Notes: a model not told the origin generated them from the letters alone. Counted from the first letter of the stretch, positions 1 through 10,091 are shown. The stretch: DNA of 64,000 nucleotides from an uncultured Acidocella sp. (GCA_946222605.1 CAMIIE010000004.1:18141-82140), one strand, 5' to 3'. A program made the numbers and translations.

Positions 1-989
1 CCCAGTTTCACATCGAAGCCGCGCAAGCCCTCGGCCGGGTGCTGCGCGTCGATCTGGCGCTTCATCTCGTGAATATCCGAGATCGCCGCGAAATCCAGAT
101 ATTTGCGCCAGATGAAGGGGCGGATGGCGGCGAGAAATTGCTGCCCCAGCGCCAGATCGCCCGCCACCGGCCGGGCTTTGGAGAAGGCGGCGCGCTCCCA
201 GGTGCGGCCGTGGCTTTCATAATAGGACAGCGCGGTGGCCAGGGCGACGACCGGCGGTGTCGCCCCCGGGTCGGGCCGCAGCCGCAGATCGACCCGGAAG
301 ACATAGCCCTCGGCATCGCGCGCCGCGAGCAAAGCGGTGAGGTCGCGCGCCAGCCGCGCCATCATCGGCTGCGAGTCCTCGCCATAGACCGGGCTTTCCG
401 GATCGTAGAGCAGCACCAGATCGATATCGGAGGAGTAATTCAGCTCCCGCGCGCCGAGCTTGCCCAGCGCCAGCGCGACGAAGCCGCTTCCCTGGTCCGG
501 CGCCGCCGGGTCGGGCAGGACGATCTCTTCCGCCGCGTGCAGCTCGTACAAAAGATGCCGGATGGCGGCGCGCAAGGCGGTCTCGGCGAGGTCCGAGAGC
601 GCCGCGGTCACCTGCTCCAACGCCCAGAGCCCGCCCAGATCCGCCACCGCAATGGCCAGCGCCATCTGCCGCTTGGCCCGGCGCAGCGCCTCGCTGAGCT
701 GGGCGCGGGGCAGATCAGGCGGCAATGCAGCCAGCCCGGCCAGCAGCGCCTTGGCCTGCGGGGTGGGGCCGGCTTCCAGGCAGGCGCAGAGTGTGGCGGA
801 TTCACGGCAGGCGAGATCGGCCAGGAAGGGCGCGTTGCCGCCCAGCGCCGCCAGCAGCGCCGCCCCCGAGTCGCTCTGCGCCAGCTTCGCCTCGCGCGGG
901 CCCAGCGCCGCGAAATCCGCGCGCAGCCGCGCCGCCGCTGCCGGATCGGCCGGTTTAGGGAAGGATGGCTTGTGAAGATCGCCGGGCAT
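1..989 (-). CDS. glnE: Bifunctional glutamine synthetase adenylyltransferase/adenylyl-removing enzyme (5' part; runs off window start)
   Basis: Not in the ORF track. Manual minus-strand translation from ATG at 989 gives GKLGARELNYSSDIDL, YVFRVDLRLRPDP, WERAAFSKARPVAGD and GFDVKLG, all GlnE motifs. Confidence 0.93.
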   Translation of the reverse strand, partial: MPGDLHKPSFPKPADPAAAARLRADFAALGPREAKLAQSDSGAALLAALGGNAPFLADLACRESATLCACLEAGPTPQAKALLAGLAALPPDLPRAQLSEALRRAKRQMALAIAVADLGGLWALEQVTAALSDLAETALRAAIRHLLYELHAAEEIVLPDPAAPDQGSGFVALALGKLGARELNYSSDIDLVLLYDPESPVYGEDSQPMMARLARDLTALLAARDAEGYVFRVDLRLRPDPGATPPVVALATALSYYESHGRTWERAAFSKARPVAGDLALGQQFLAAIRPFIWRKYLDFAAISDIHEMKRQIDAQHPAEGLRGFDVKL

Positions 990-1006
990 CTGGCAAGCAG
1001 AACAGG

Positions 1007-3727
1007 ATGAAGTTCCGCAGAGGTCAAGCGGCCTGGATTATCATAGAGGCGATCCACCAGCTCGGCCGCATCGTCGCGCTGGCTGTGCTGCTGGCGCTGG
1101 CCTTGTTCGGGCTGCTGGGGTTTCGGCTGGCGCAGGGGCCGCTGGAGATACCGCAGATCGCCTCGCGCATCGCCACCCGGCTTTCCGGCGAAGGGGTGGA
1201 GGTGCGCATCGGCACCGCCGAGCTGGCCTGGGCGGGCTATCACAAAGGCGGCGCGGTGCCGCTGGTGCTGCGTCTGGCCGACATCAAGGTGGGCAGCGAT
1301 TCAGGCGGGGCGCTGGCGGATATTCCCGCGGCCGATCTGACTCTGCCGGTGGCGGATCTGTTCGGCGGGCGCGACCCGATCGCGCTGAACGGCGCCGGCG
1401 CCACCTTCCCCGGCGGCAATGTCCCGGTCTCCTGGCATGCGGATCTCTGGCCGGGGCGCGGCTTCACCCTCTCCCATGGTGCCGTGCATGTGCGCATCGG
1501 CGCCGGGCGGATCGGCGCCGGGGTGAATAGGGTGGCGCTCAGCAGTGCCAGCTTCACCCTGGCGGTGTTGCCGGATGGCGCGGTGCAGGTGAGCGATGGC
1601 GTGGCCCAGCTCGCCCCGCAGGGCCAGAGCGCGCCGCGCCTGCGCTTTACCTTCCGCGCGCATCGCGACGGGCTCTGGCTCGGCCGGCTCGATGTGGCGC
1701 TGGACAGCGTGCAGGCGCAGGATCTGGCGGCGTACTGGCCGCCCATCGCCGCCCCGGATGCGCGGGTCTGGGTGCTGCGCAACATCACCGCCGGCACCGC
1801 CCATGACGCGCAATTCAGCATCGACATGGCCGCCCATGGCGATCTCTCGCATTTCAAAATCGAGAACGTGCAGGGTGGGTTTCAGGCCAGCGATCTGACC
1901 CTGCATTTCCTGCCCGGCGCGGTGCCGCTGGAGCATCTGGACGGTGTGTTCACCATGCCGGGGATGGATACCATCGTCATCGATGCCGGGGGCGGGGCGG
2001 CCGGCGGGGTCGGGCTGCAAAGCGGCAGCATGGTGATCACGGATCTCACGGCCAAGGATCAGTTCGGCTTGCTCAATCTGAATCTGGCCGGGCCGGTGCA
2101 GAATGTGCTGGGCATTCTGGGCGCCAAGCCGCTCAACCTGCTCGCCCACACCCCGCCGGAAATCAAGGGCGCCACCGGCACGTTGCAAGGCACGCTGGCG
2201 GCGATGATCCCGCTGGCCAAGACTGTCGCCGCGCGGGATGTGCAGATCAATGTCGCCACCCAGCTCAGCGACGTGAAGATGGCCACCCCCATCCCCGGCA
2301 TCTTCTTTACCGACGGCGCGGTGAGGATCACGACCGACGGTGAGAGCCTGCGGGCGGACGCCACCGCGCAGCTGGCCGGCGCCCCGGCCAGCCTGACTCT
2401 GACCCAGGATGTCTCCAGGCCCGACGGGGCGGAGACGCTGGATCTGCAGGGCGAGGCCGGGCCCGCCCTCTGGCACGCTTTCGGGCTGGATACGCCGAGC
2501 GGCTTCAGCTCCGCCACGCAGGGGCGCGCGCCGTTCCGCTTCAGCCTCAGCGGCCCGGCGGATGGCACCCAGGAGGCGGCGCTGGAGGCCGACCTTACCC
2601 GCATCGGTCTGGCTTTGCCGTTGCTGGGCTGGGCCAAGCAGCCGGGCGGGGCGGGGCGGCTGGCGGCGCGCTTCAGCCTGGAGAATGGTGATCTCGGCGC
2701 GATTCAGGATTTTATGATGGAAGCGCCGGCGCTGTTCGTGCGCGGCCACAGCCAGGGGCGGGTGTTCACGCTGACCCAGGCGGAGATCGGCCGCTCGCAG
2801 GCGAAAGGCAGCGTGACCGCGCCCGCCCGCCCCGGCCAGCCCTGGCAAATCGAGGCCAGCGGCGAGACGCTCGATCTGCGCCATGGCGCGCGGACGCAAC
2901 GGGACAAGCCCGCCCCGGCCCCGCCGCCGCAATCCGCACCCTCCGGCCCGCTCTGGCAGGCCAGGCTCGCCTTCCAGCATCTCTACATCACCAAGCCGCC
3001 GGCGCCGGGTTTGCGCAATGTCAGCCTCACCGCCAGCGGCCAGGGGCGGGATCTCTCGCAGGTCAGTGCCAGTGCCGATGGGGTGAGCGCGCAGATCACC
3101 CCGCTCGCCGGCCCGCGCCGCGCTCTGGCCCTACAGGGTCAGGATGCCGGCGCGCTGCTGCGGGTGCTGGGGGTGTATGACGGCATGCAGGGCGGCGCGC
3201 TGGATTTGCAGGCGCAATTCGGCGGCGGCCCGGCGCAGGGCACGCTGAAGCTGGCCAAGGCGCGGCTGGTGAATGCGCCGGGCTTCATCAAGCTGATGCA
3301 GGCGGCGACCTTGTATGGTGTGGCGGAGGCGATGTCCGGCCCGGGGCTGTTGATCGACCATGCGACCATCCCCTTCACCCTGGATGACGGGGTGTTGCGG
3401 CTGAACGGGGCGGATGCCTATTCGGAATCGCTGGGCTTCACGGCGAGCGGCAGCGTGGACAGCAATACCGGCATTTGCGATCTGCAGACGACGATCGTGC
3501 CCGCCTATGCGCTCAACGCGCTGCCGGGGAAAATCCCGGTTCTGGGGCATCTATTCTCGGCGGAGAAAGGCGGCGGGCTGTTCGCCATCCGGGCCCATGT
3601 GCAGGGGAAGATGAGCGACCCGCAGATACATGTGAATCCGCTCTCCGCGCTCACACCGGGATTTCTGCGCGGGCTGTTCGGGTTGGGGGGTGGGGCGCCG
3701 CCGGCCGCGAAGCCGGCGGCGCCGTGA
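1007..3727 (+). CDS. AsmA-like/YhdP-type (DUF3971) envelope protein
   Basis: About 900 aa, N-terminal TM anchor, beta-rich body, C-terminal VPAYALNALPGKIPVLG...GLFA...VNPLSALTPGFLR; divergent from glnE. Confidence 0.8.
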   Translation: MKFRRGQAAWIIIEAIHQLGRIVALAVLLALALFGLLGFRLAQGPLEIPQIASRIATRLSGEGVEVRIGTAELAWAGYHKGGAVPLVLRLADIKVGSDSGGALADIPAADLTLPVADLFGGRDPIALNGAGATFPGGNVPVSWHADLWPGRGFTLSHGAVHVRIGAGRIGAGVNRVALSSASFTLAVLPDGAVQVSDGVAQLAPQGQSAPRLRFTFRAHRDGLWLGRLDVALDSVQAQDLAAYWPPIAAPDARVWVLRNITAGTAHDAQFSIDMAAHGDLSHFKIENVQGGFQASDLTLHFLPGAVPLEHLDGVFTMPGMDTIVIDAGGGAAGGVGLQSGSMVITDLTAKDQFGLLNLNLAGPVQNVLGILGAKPLNLLAHTPPEIKGATGTLQGTLAAMIPLAKTVAARDVQINVATQLSDVKMATPIPGIFFTDGAVRITTDGESLRADATAQLAGAPASLTLTQDVSRPDGAETLDLQGEAGPALWHAFGLDTPSGFSSATQGRAPFRFSLSGPADGTQEAALEADLTRIGLALPLLGWAKQPGGAGRLAARFSLENGDLGAIQDFMMEAPALFVRGHSQGRVFTLTQAEIGRSQAKGSVTAPARPGQPWQIEASGETLDLRHGARTQRDKPAPAPPPQSAPSGPLWQARLAFQHLYITKPPAPGLRNVSLTASGQGRDLSQVSASADGVSAQITPLAGPRRALALQGQDAGALLRVLGVYDGMQGGALDLQAQFGGGPAQGTLKLAKARLVNAPGFIKLMQAATLYGVAEAMSGPGLLIDHATIPFTLDDGVLRLNGADAYSESLGFTASGSVDSNTGICDLQTTIVPAYALNALPGKIPVLGHLFSAEKGGGLFAIRAHVQGKMSDPQIHVNPLSALTPGFLRGLFGLGGGAPPAAKPAAP

Positions 3728-3729
3728 AT

Positions 3730-4278
3730 TCAGGCCTGGGCGGGCGCCTTGGAGACCACGACCATCGCCGGGCGCAGCAGGCGGCCATTCAGCAGCCAGG
3801 TCTGGCTCCAGGCTTGCAGCACGGTGCCGGCCGGGTGGTCAGCACTTTCCTGCTCGGCCATCGCCTGGTGCAGATTGGCGTCGAACGCGGCGCCGGTCGG
3901 GTCGGTGCGGGTGATGCCGTTGCGCTCCAGAATGCCGGTGAAGGCGCGCTCGATGCCCTCGAAGCCGTCACGCATCTTGGTGATCAGCTCCGGCTCGTCC
4001 TCGGTCTTTTTCGGCAGGCTGTCGATGCCGCGCTTCAGATTCTCCGCCGCCTCGACCACGTCGCGGGCGAATTTCTGCACGGCATAGAGCCGCGCATCCT
4101 CGACCTCGCGCTTGGTGCGGGCGCGCAGATTGGCCATTTCCGCCTCGGCGCGCAGCCATTTGTCGCGCATCTCCGAAAGCTCCTGCTCAAGCTGCGCGAT
4201 GCGCTGATCAGGGGCTTCCAGCAGCGCCTCGTCCTGCGGGGCGGCATCCTCATGCATGATCTTGTCTTCTTCGCTCAT
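3730..4278 (-). CDS. grpE: Nucleotide exchange factor GrpE
   Basis: LRAEAEMANLRAR, FDANLHQAM and LNGRLLRPAMVVVSK motifs. Confidence 0.97.
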   Translation of the reverse strand: MSEEDKIMHEDAAPQDEALLEAPDQRIAQLEQELSEMRDKWLRAEAEMANLRARTKREVEDARLYAVQKFARDVVEAAENLKRGIDSLPKKTEDEPELITKMRDGFEGIERAFTGILERNGITRTDPTGAAFDANLHQAMAEQESADHPAGTVLQAWSQTWLLNGRLLRPAMVVVSKAPAQA

Positions 4279-4285
4279 GGCCCGG

Positions 4286-4314
4286 AATTAGGGGATTCTC
4301 GGCTCGCAAACAAG
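4286..4314 (-). promoter_or_regulatory. Possible RpoH (sigma32) promoter of grpE
   Basis: Minus strand CTTG-N18-CCTAATT just upstream of the grpE ATG; resembles the alphaproteobacterial CTTG-N17/18-CYTATNT consensus. Confidence 0.45.
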
Positions 4315-4363
4315 GAGGGCGCACGTTGCCGGCGGCATCTTCATTGCCGCCTGGCCGCGCCGC

Positions 4364-4954
4364 TCAGGCGGGATCGCGCGGGCCTTGTTGGGGCTGCGCA
4401 AGATCCGGCATCGCTGCGGTGAAACGGGCAAACGCCGCCAAGGCCCCGGCCTGGCACTCCTGCTCTTCGGCCGGGCTGAAATTCTGGGCGTTCAGCGCCG
4501 CGACAAAGCCGCGCCAATGCCGGGCGCGCTGCGCCTGCAGGGCCAGATGCCGGGCACCGTGCGCGGCATCGAACCCCAGCGCCTGGGCCCAGCCGCGCAG
4601 CTGCAAAGCGCCGAGATTGGAGCCCTGCAGCACATAAAGACAGCCCCAGCCGCCGCCGCGCGAAAAGCCCGCGGGCGGCGCGGCGCCAAGCGGCGCGGTG
4701 CCGAGATCCGCGAGGTCCGCCTCCAGCGACGCTGTCAACTCATACGCATCGGCCGGGAGCAGGCGCAGCGGCGCCAGCGCTGCTTCCAACGCGCGGCGGG
4801 CCTGCTGGGTGATCTGCAGATAACGCGCATAAAGCGCAGGCGTGGCGAAAAAGCCGGCGCCGCGCATCGCCTCGTCCAGCCTGGCATGTGCGGGCGCGGT
4901 CAAGGCGCTGAGCGCGGCGCGCCGGTCCCGCGGCGCTTCGGATGCTATAACCAT
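4364..4954 (-). CDS. Biliverdin-producing heme oxygenase (BphO/HemO-like)
   Basis: LTAPAHARLD proximal-His helix, GCLYVLQGSNLGA distal helix, and WRGF motif. Confidence 0.75.
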   Translation of the reverse strand: MVIASEAPRDRRAALSALTAPAHARLDEAMRGAGFFATPALYARYLQITQQARRALEAALAPLRLLPADAYELTASLEADLADLGTAPLGAAPPAGFSRGGGWGCLYVLQGSNLGALQLRGWAQALGFDAAHGARHLALQAQRARHWRGFVAALNAQNFSPAEEQECQAGALAAFARFTAAMPDLAQPQQGPRDPA

Positions 4955-5105
4955 ATCTGGATGATATGGGGGGGGCGGGCCGTGCGCCAATCCGCAATGT
5001 CATGTCTTGCCGCCTGTCCGCTCTGGTCCTTGTCGCGCGCATCCTCTCGGGCGGGGCGGCCATTCCCTCTCGTCTTGGCCGCGAAATCGGCGTATGAGAC
5101 GAGAA

Positions 5106-5774
5106 ATGAATAGTCTGGCGCCATTGCCCGCACGGCTGGTGATCGAAATCGTTTTCGATTTCGTCTGTCCCTGGTGTTATCTTGGCGTGAAGCGTCTGAC
5201 CTATCTGCTGGCCCGCCGGCCGGAGCTCGATGTCACCCTCAACTGGCGCCCCTTCCTGCTCAACCCTGACATGCCGCGCGGCGGCATGTCCCGCGCGGAT
5301 TACATGATCCGCAAATTCGGCGCCGAGGACCGGGCGCGCCGGCTCTATGCCTCGATCGCCGAGCTCGGCGCGGCGGAGGGGATTGCGTTCAATTTCCCCG
5401 CCATCCGCCGCACCCCCAACAGCGTGGACGCGCATCGGCTGGTGCGCGAGGCGGCGCGGGTCGGTGCCGCGGATGCGCTGGTGGCGCGGATTTTCGCGGC
5501 GCATTTCGTCGAAGGGCTGGATATTGGCCAGCATGAGGTGCTGAGCGCGCTGGCGGTACAGGCCGGGATGAGCGCGCGCCAGGTGCGGCTGTTCCTGGAA
5601 TCCGGCGAGGGCACGGAATATGTGCACGCGGAAAACCTGCACGCGCACCGGCTCGGCATCAACGGCGTGCCCTGCTTCATGCTGGATGGCGAACACGCCA
5701 TCGCCGGGGCGCAGGAGAGCGAGGTGCTGGAACGGCTGATCGACCTCGCCCTTTGCACCGCCCGGGAGCGTTGA
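5106..5774 (+). CDS. DsbA family (FrnE-like) oxidoreductase
   Basis: DFVCPWCYLG, WRPFLLNP, PNSVDAHRL, GINGVPCF. Confidence 0.9.
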   Translation: MNSLAPLPARLVIEIVFDFVCPWCYLGVKRLTYLLARRPELDVTLNWRPFLLNPDMPRGGMSRADYMIRKFGAEDRARRLYASIAELGAAEGIAFNFPAIRRTPNSVDAHRLVREAARVGAADALVARIFAAHFVEGLDIGQHEVLSALAVQAGMSARQVRLFLESGEGTEYVHAENLHAHRLGINGVPCFMLDGEHAIAGAQESEVLERLIDLALCTARER

Positions 5775-5853
5775 CAGGGTTTCCTTTTTTCACGGCTGCG
5801 CTACAGCTTGTAACAGGCTCTAGGTGCCGCCTCAGGAAAAAGGTCCGCGAAAC

Positions 5854-6858
5854 GTGAAAAGATCTGTGATTGCGTCTTCTGCCATCGCGTTGGGCGCGGC
5901 GGCTTGGTTGAGTTACGCGCCCCAGGCGCATGCGGATATTCCGCCCGCTGACCCGCACAGCATCGTCACCATCCAGCTGGAAAACGACGCCGCCTCCATC
6001 CCCGGCACGGATGAGCTTTATACCTCCGGCGAGCGTCTGGGTTATGTCGGCCCCACCGGCGCGGTGCCGGGCTTTCTCTCCAATCTCGGCCAAGGCGTGT
6101 TCGGCCAGGGCAGCCAGCGTCTGGAGATCGATCTGCAGCAGGTCATCTTCACCCCGACCGACACCCAGCTCTACAACCCCAACCCGCATGACCGCCCCTA
6201 TGCCGGGCAGCTTTCGGCGAAGCTGACGCTGATCCAGGACACGACGACCACCCGCTCGATGCTGGGCGCCGCCATCGGCATCGTCGGCCCTGCCTCGCTG
6301 GCGCAGACCGTGCAGAACGGCTTCCACAGCATCATCGGCGACACCACCAACAAAGGCTGGCACTACCAGCTGCATGACGAGCCGACGCTGGATTTTTCCG
6401 GCGGGCGGATCTGGCGGATGGATCTGGCGAATGTTGGCGGCATCGGCGTGCAAATGCTGCCGCAGCTCACCGCGCAGGTCGGCAATACCGAGATCTATGC
6501 CCAGACCGGCGGCATCCTGCGCTTCGGCCAGGGGCTGGATTCGGATTTCGGCCCGGCGCTGATCGGCCCGCAGCTCTCCGGCACCGATGCCTATACGCCC
6601 ACGCGCCCCTTTGTCTGGTACGTGTTCGGCGGCGCGCTGGGGCGCTTCGTGGCGCATGACATGCTGGTCCAGGGCAATGATTTCCGCTCCAGCCGCGGCG
6701 TTGGGCTGACCCATTTGCAGGGCGATCTCGAAGTGGGGCTGGCGGTGATCTATCGCGGCGTGCGGCTTTCGGCGGTGGAGACGTTCGAGACGCCGGAATT
6801 CCACGGCTCGGCGCCGGCCTTCCAATATGGGTCGATCGCGGTGTCGACCAGGTTCTAA
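5854..6858 (+). CDS. Lipid A 3'-O-deacylase LpxR family (DUF2219) outer-membrane protein
   Basis: Signal peptide, ENDA..TDELYTSG, DRPYAG, QNGFH, GWHYQL, TPEF, C-terminal Phe. Confidence 0.85.
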   Translation: MKRSVIASSAIALGAAAWLSYAPQAHADIPPADPHSIVTIQLENDAASIPGTDELYTSGERLGYVGPTGAVPGFLSNLGQGVFGQGSQRLEIDLQQVIFTPTDTQLYNPNPHDRPYAGQLSAKLTLIQDTTTTRSMLGAAIGIVGPASLAQTVQNGFHSIIGDTTNKGWHYQLHDEPTLDFSGGRIWRMDLANVGGIGVQMLPQLTAQVGNTEIYAQTGGILRFGQGLDSDFGPALIGPQLSGTDAYTPTRPFVWYVFGGALGRFVAHDMLVQGNDFRSSRGVGLTHLQGDLEVGLAVIYRGVRLSAVETFETPEFHGSAPAFQYGSIAVSTRF

Positions 6859-6983
6859 AAGTTTTTGGTGCCGCTTTTTTCAAAAAGCGGCGAAAACGAC
6901 GGGGGCTTTGGCACTGAAATCGTCAAAACCCCCAACGTTTTGCGGCCCTTTTTGAAAAAAGGGCCGCCCCCCAAAAACTTTTA
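6856..6983. repeat. Family A modular palindromic element, copy 1 (complete ends)
   Basis: TAAAAGTTTTTGG...CCAAAAACTTTTA terminal inverted repeat with internal hairpins GCCGCTTTTTTCAAAAAGCGGC and GCGGCCCTTTTTGAAAAAAGGGCCGC. Confidence 0.9.
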
Positions 6984-7418
6984 TTTACTTAAGAATCTCC
7001 GAAACGCCGCCAGAGTCGCCGGGGAGATATGGTGCTCGATGCCCTCGGCATCCTCCTCCGCCGCCTCGCGCGGCACCCCCAGCGCCAGCAGCAACGCCAC
7101 CACCAGTTGATGCCGCTCCCGGCTGCGCGCCGCCAGCCTTCGGCCCTCCGGCGTCAACAGCACGCCGCGATAGGGCAGGGAGGTCGCCAGCCCCTCGCGC
7201 TTCAGCCGGCCGATGGTCTTGATCACGCTCGCATGGGAAATGCCCAGCCGCCGGGCGATATCCGTCGGCCGCGCCGGGGCGCCGCCGCTCTGCAGATCAT
7301 CGATCAACTCGGCATAATCCTCCAGCGTCGCGCTCGACTGCGCGGCCCTGGTCTTGCCGAAGCGTCTGGCCTGGGTCGGCTCGGCGGGAAGGTTCGGGTT
7401 TTTGCCGTCAGCTTCCAT
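6981..7418 (-). CDS. mntR: Manganese-dependent transcriptional regulator MntR (DtxR family)
   Basis: EDYAELIDDL, IARRLGISHASV, PYRGVLLT, RERHQLV, DAEGIEHHIS. Confidence 0.9.
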   Translation of the reverse strand: MEADGKNPNLPAEPTQARRFGKTRAAQSSATLEDYAELIDDLQSGGAPARPTDIARRLGISHASVIKTIGRLKREGLATSLPYRGVLLTPEGRRLAARSRERHQLVVALLLALGVPREAAEEDAEGIEHHISPATLAAFRRFLSK

Positions 7419-7624
7419 CTTGTGGCGTTGCTCCAGTCTGACGCATGCTTTGCGGGAAAACCCCCATGCTGGCAAGTTGGGGCTCATGGCGGTTGCCGCG
7501 TTGCACAAATCCGCTATATTCAGACACCATGCGGACGCGCCACGCCTTCGCAGGTTTAAACTTTTTGTTGTGGATTCAATCACTCGTCCGATAAAGTGGG
7601 CGACAAAAATAAAGGGATGCCATC

Positions 7625-7966
7625 GTGGCGAACGAAAAATCTCAGAATGTGCAGGATGTGTTCCTCAATCACGTCCGCAAGAGCAAGACGCCGGTCACTG
7701 TGTTCCTCGTCAATGGCGTGAAGCTGCAGGGTGTGATCACCTGGTTTGACAATTTCTCCGTGCTGCTGCGCCGTGATGGTCATACCCAGCTGGTCTATAA
7801 GCACGCGATCAGCACGGTGATGCCGGGCGCGCCGATCATGCTGTTCGATGCCGGCCGCGCCGAAGGCGCCGCCCCGGCCCCTGGCGAAGGCGCGCCGGCC
7901 AGCGCCAGCACGCTGCGGCTGAGCCGCAACCCCGAGCCGCAATACGACCCCGAGTCCGAAGGCTGA
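7625..7966 (+). CDS. hfq: RNA chaperone Hfq
   Basis: [34 protein letters not shown] start. Confidence 0.98.
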   Translation: MANEKSQNVQDVFLNHVRKSKTPVTVFLVNGVKLQGVITWFDNFSVLLRRDGHTQLVYKHAISTVMPGAPIMLFDAGRAEGAAPAPGEGAPASASTLRLSRNPEPQYDPESEG

Positions 7967-7982
7967 TCCTCCGGATATCGTG

Positions 7983-9263
7983 ATGCAAGAGACCGCGCCC
8001 CCGCCAAGCCGGGCGGCGATTTTGCTGCCCTGGGACCGGCAGGCGGCCTTCGCCGCCGGTCAGATCCGCTCCGCCGAGGCGCGCCTCGCGGAAGCGGTTG
8101 GGCTGGCCGCCTCCATCGGGCTGGTGATCGTGCATGAGCAGATCTTCCAGCTCCGCTCGCTCACCCCGGCCACTCTGCTCGGCAAGGGCCAGGTCGAGCA
8201 GGCCGCCACCGCCCTGCGCGGGGCGCAGGTGGATGTGGCGGTGGTGGATGCCGCCCTGACCCCCGTGCAGCAGCGCAATCTTGAAAAGGCCTTCGGCACC
8301 AAGGTCATCGACCGGACCGGGCTGATCCTGGATATTTTCGGCGCCCGTGCGCGCACCCGTGAAGGCGCGTTGCAGGTGGAGCTGGCGCATCTGGAGTATC
8401 AGCGCTCGCGCCTGGTGCGCTCCTGGACCCATCTTGAGCGCCAGCGCGGCGGCTTCGGCTTCCTCGGCGGTCCTGGTGAGACGCAGATCGAGGCGGATCG
8501 CCGTCTGATCGGCGACCGTATCGTCAAGCTGAAGGCCGAGCTGGAGGATGTGCGCCGCACCCGCGGCCTGCATCGCGGTGCGCGCAGAAAAGTGCCGTAC
8601 CCCGTGGTGGCGCTGGTTGGCTACACCAATGCCGGCAAATCCACCCTCTTCAACGCCCTCACCGGGGCGAGCGTGATGGCCGAGGACCAGCTTTTCGCGA
8701 CATTGGACCCGACCATGCGCGGGCTGGTGCTGCCCTCCGGGCGCAATATCATCCTGTCGGACACTGTGGGCTTCATCTCCGAACTGCCGACCGAGCTGGT
8801 CGCCGCCTTCCGCGCCACGCTGGAAGAGGTGGCGGAGGCGGATCTGCTGCTGCATGTGCGCGACATTTCCCATCCCGACACCGAGGCCCAGGCCCGCGAT
8901 GTGCGCGCCGTGCTCACCCGCATGGCCAAGGAAGGCACGCTGGACGAGGACTGGCCCGCCCATACGCTGGAGGTGCTGAACAAGGCCGACGCGCTGGGCG
9001 GCATCGCCAATGTCGTGCAGGGCGAGGGGATCGCCGTCTCCGCCCTCACCGGCGAGGGGCTGGACCGGCTGCTGGAGGCCATCGATGCCCGGCTGGCCGC
9101 GGCCGAGCAGCTGCTGGAGCTGCAGGTGCCGGTTGCGGATGGCGCGCGTCTGGCCTGGCTCTATCGCCATGGCGAGGTGGTGGCGCGTGAGGATGACGAG
9201 CACCATGTGACATTGCAGGTGCGGCTTTCCGCCGTCGATAAAGCGAGGTTCGAAGCATTATGA
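7983..9263 (+). CDS. hflX: Ribosome-splitting GTPase HflX
   Basis: GPGETQIEADRR, GYTNAGKST, LFATLDPT, DTVGFI; downstream of hfq. Confidence 0.97.
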   Translation: MQETAPPPSRAAILLPWDRQAAFAAGQIRSAEARLAEAVGLAASIGLVIVHEQIFQLRSLTPATLLGKGQVEQAATALRGAQVDVAVVDAALTPVQQRNLEKAFGTKVIDRTGLILDIFGARARTREGALQVELAHLEYQRSRLVRSWTHLERQRGGFGFLGGPGETQIEADRRLIGDRIVKLKAELEDVRRTRGLHRGARRKVPYPVVALVGYTNAGKSTLFNALTGASVMAEDQLFATLDPTMRGLVLPSGRNIILSDTVGFISELPTELVAAFRATLEEVAEADLLLHVRDISHPDTEAQARDVRAVLTRMAKEGTLDEDWPAHTLEVLNKADALGGIANVVQGEGIAVSALTGEGLDRLLEAIDARLAAAEQLLELQVPVADGARLAWLYRHGEVVAREDDEHHVTLQVRLSAVDKARFEAL

Positions 9264-10078
9264 AGCCAGCCGAGGTCCAATCCGTCATCGATCTGCTGCG
9301 GCATGTGGCGCGAACGGAAATCCTCCCCCGCTTCAAGAGGCTCTCCGCCGAGGATGTCCGCACCAAGACCGGCCCGCTGGACCCGGTGACAATCGCCGAT
9401 GAGGCGGCGGAACGGGCGCTGAAGGCCGGGTTGAACGCGCTGTTTCCGGGCGATGACGTGATCGGCGAAGAAGCCGTCTCCTCCGGCGCGGCCTCGCTGG
9501 AGCGCCTGGCGCAGCCCGGGCGGGTCTGGATTCTCGACCCGATCGACGGCACCGCGAATTTCGCCGCCGAGCTGCCTTTGTTCGGGGTGATGGCGGCGTT
9601 GGTGGAGGCGGATGAGATCCTCGCCGGCTTCATCTTCGACCCCTTCGGCGATGATTGCGCGGTGGCGCTGAAAGGCGAGGGGGCCTATTTGATCGCCGCC
9701 GATGGCACCCGCCGCAAATTGCAGGTGGCGGACCCGGTGCCGGTGGAGCAGATGGTCGGCTCGATGTCCTGGCGGTTTATGCCCGAGCCTCTGCGCAGCC
9801 ACGTGCTGCACCGGCTGGACCGGCTGGCGGCGGTGACGGATTATCGCTGCGCCGCGCATCAATATCGCATGCTCTCGGGCGGGCATTGCCATGTGCAGAT
9901 GTTCCGCAAGCTGATGCCCTGGGACCATGCGGCCGGGGTGCTGCTGCACCGCGAGGCCGGCGGCCATGCGCGGCATTTCGACGGTTCGCCCTATCGCCCA
10001 TCGCAAATCGATGGCGGCCTGCTGCTAGCCCCTGACGAGGCCAGCTGGGATGAGCTGGCGAAGGCGCTGCTTCGATAA
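9260..10078 (+). CDS. Inositol monophosphatase family protein
   Basis: GEE, WILDPIDGTANF, PWDHAAG. Confidence 0.92.
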   Translation: MKPAEVQSVIDLLRHVARTEILPRFKRLSAEDVRTKTGPLDPVTIADEAAERALKAGLNALFPGDDVIGEEAVSSGAASLERLAQPGRVWILDPIDGTANFAAELPLFGVMAALVEADEILAGFIFDPFGDDCAVALKGEGAYLIAADGTRRKLQVADPVPVEQMVGSMSWRFMPEPLRSHVLHRLDRLAAVTDYRCAAHQYRMLSGGHCHVQMFRKLMPWDHAAGVLLHREAGGHARHFDGSPYRPSQIDGGLLLAPDEASWDELAKALLR

Positions 10079-10091
10079 ATAAAACGCCCTC

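Noticed and set aside
39..1010. 323-aa plus-strand ORF at the window start
   Set aside because: Antisense to glnE, which carries clear motifs on the minus strand
6865..7110. Short ORFs sharing peptides such as RPFLKKGPPPK / KVFGGGPFFKKG (also near 18.6, 32.3, 44.3, 50.8 and 57.6 kb)
   Set aside because: They are translations of the family A repeat, not a protein family
7419..7624. Possible Mn riboswitch or sRNA between mntR and hfq
   Set aside because: No yybP-ykoY consensus or convincing structure recognised; consistent with plain divergent promoters
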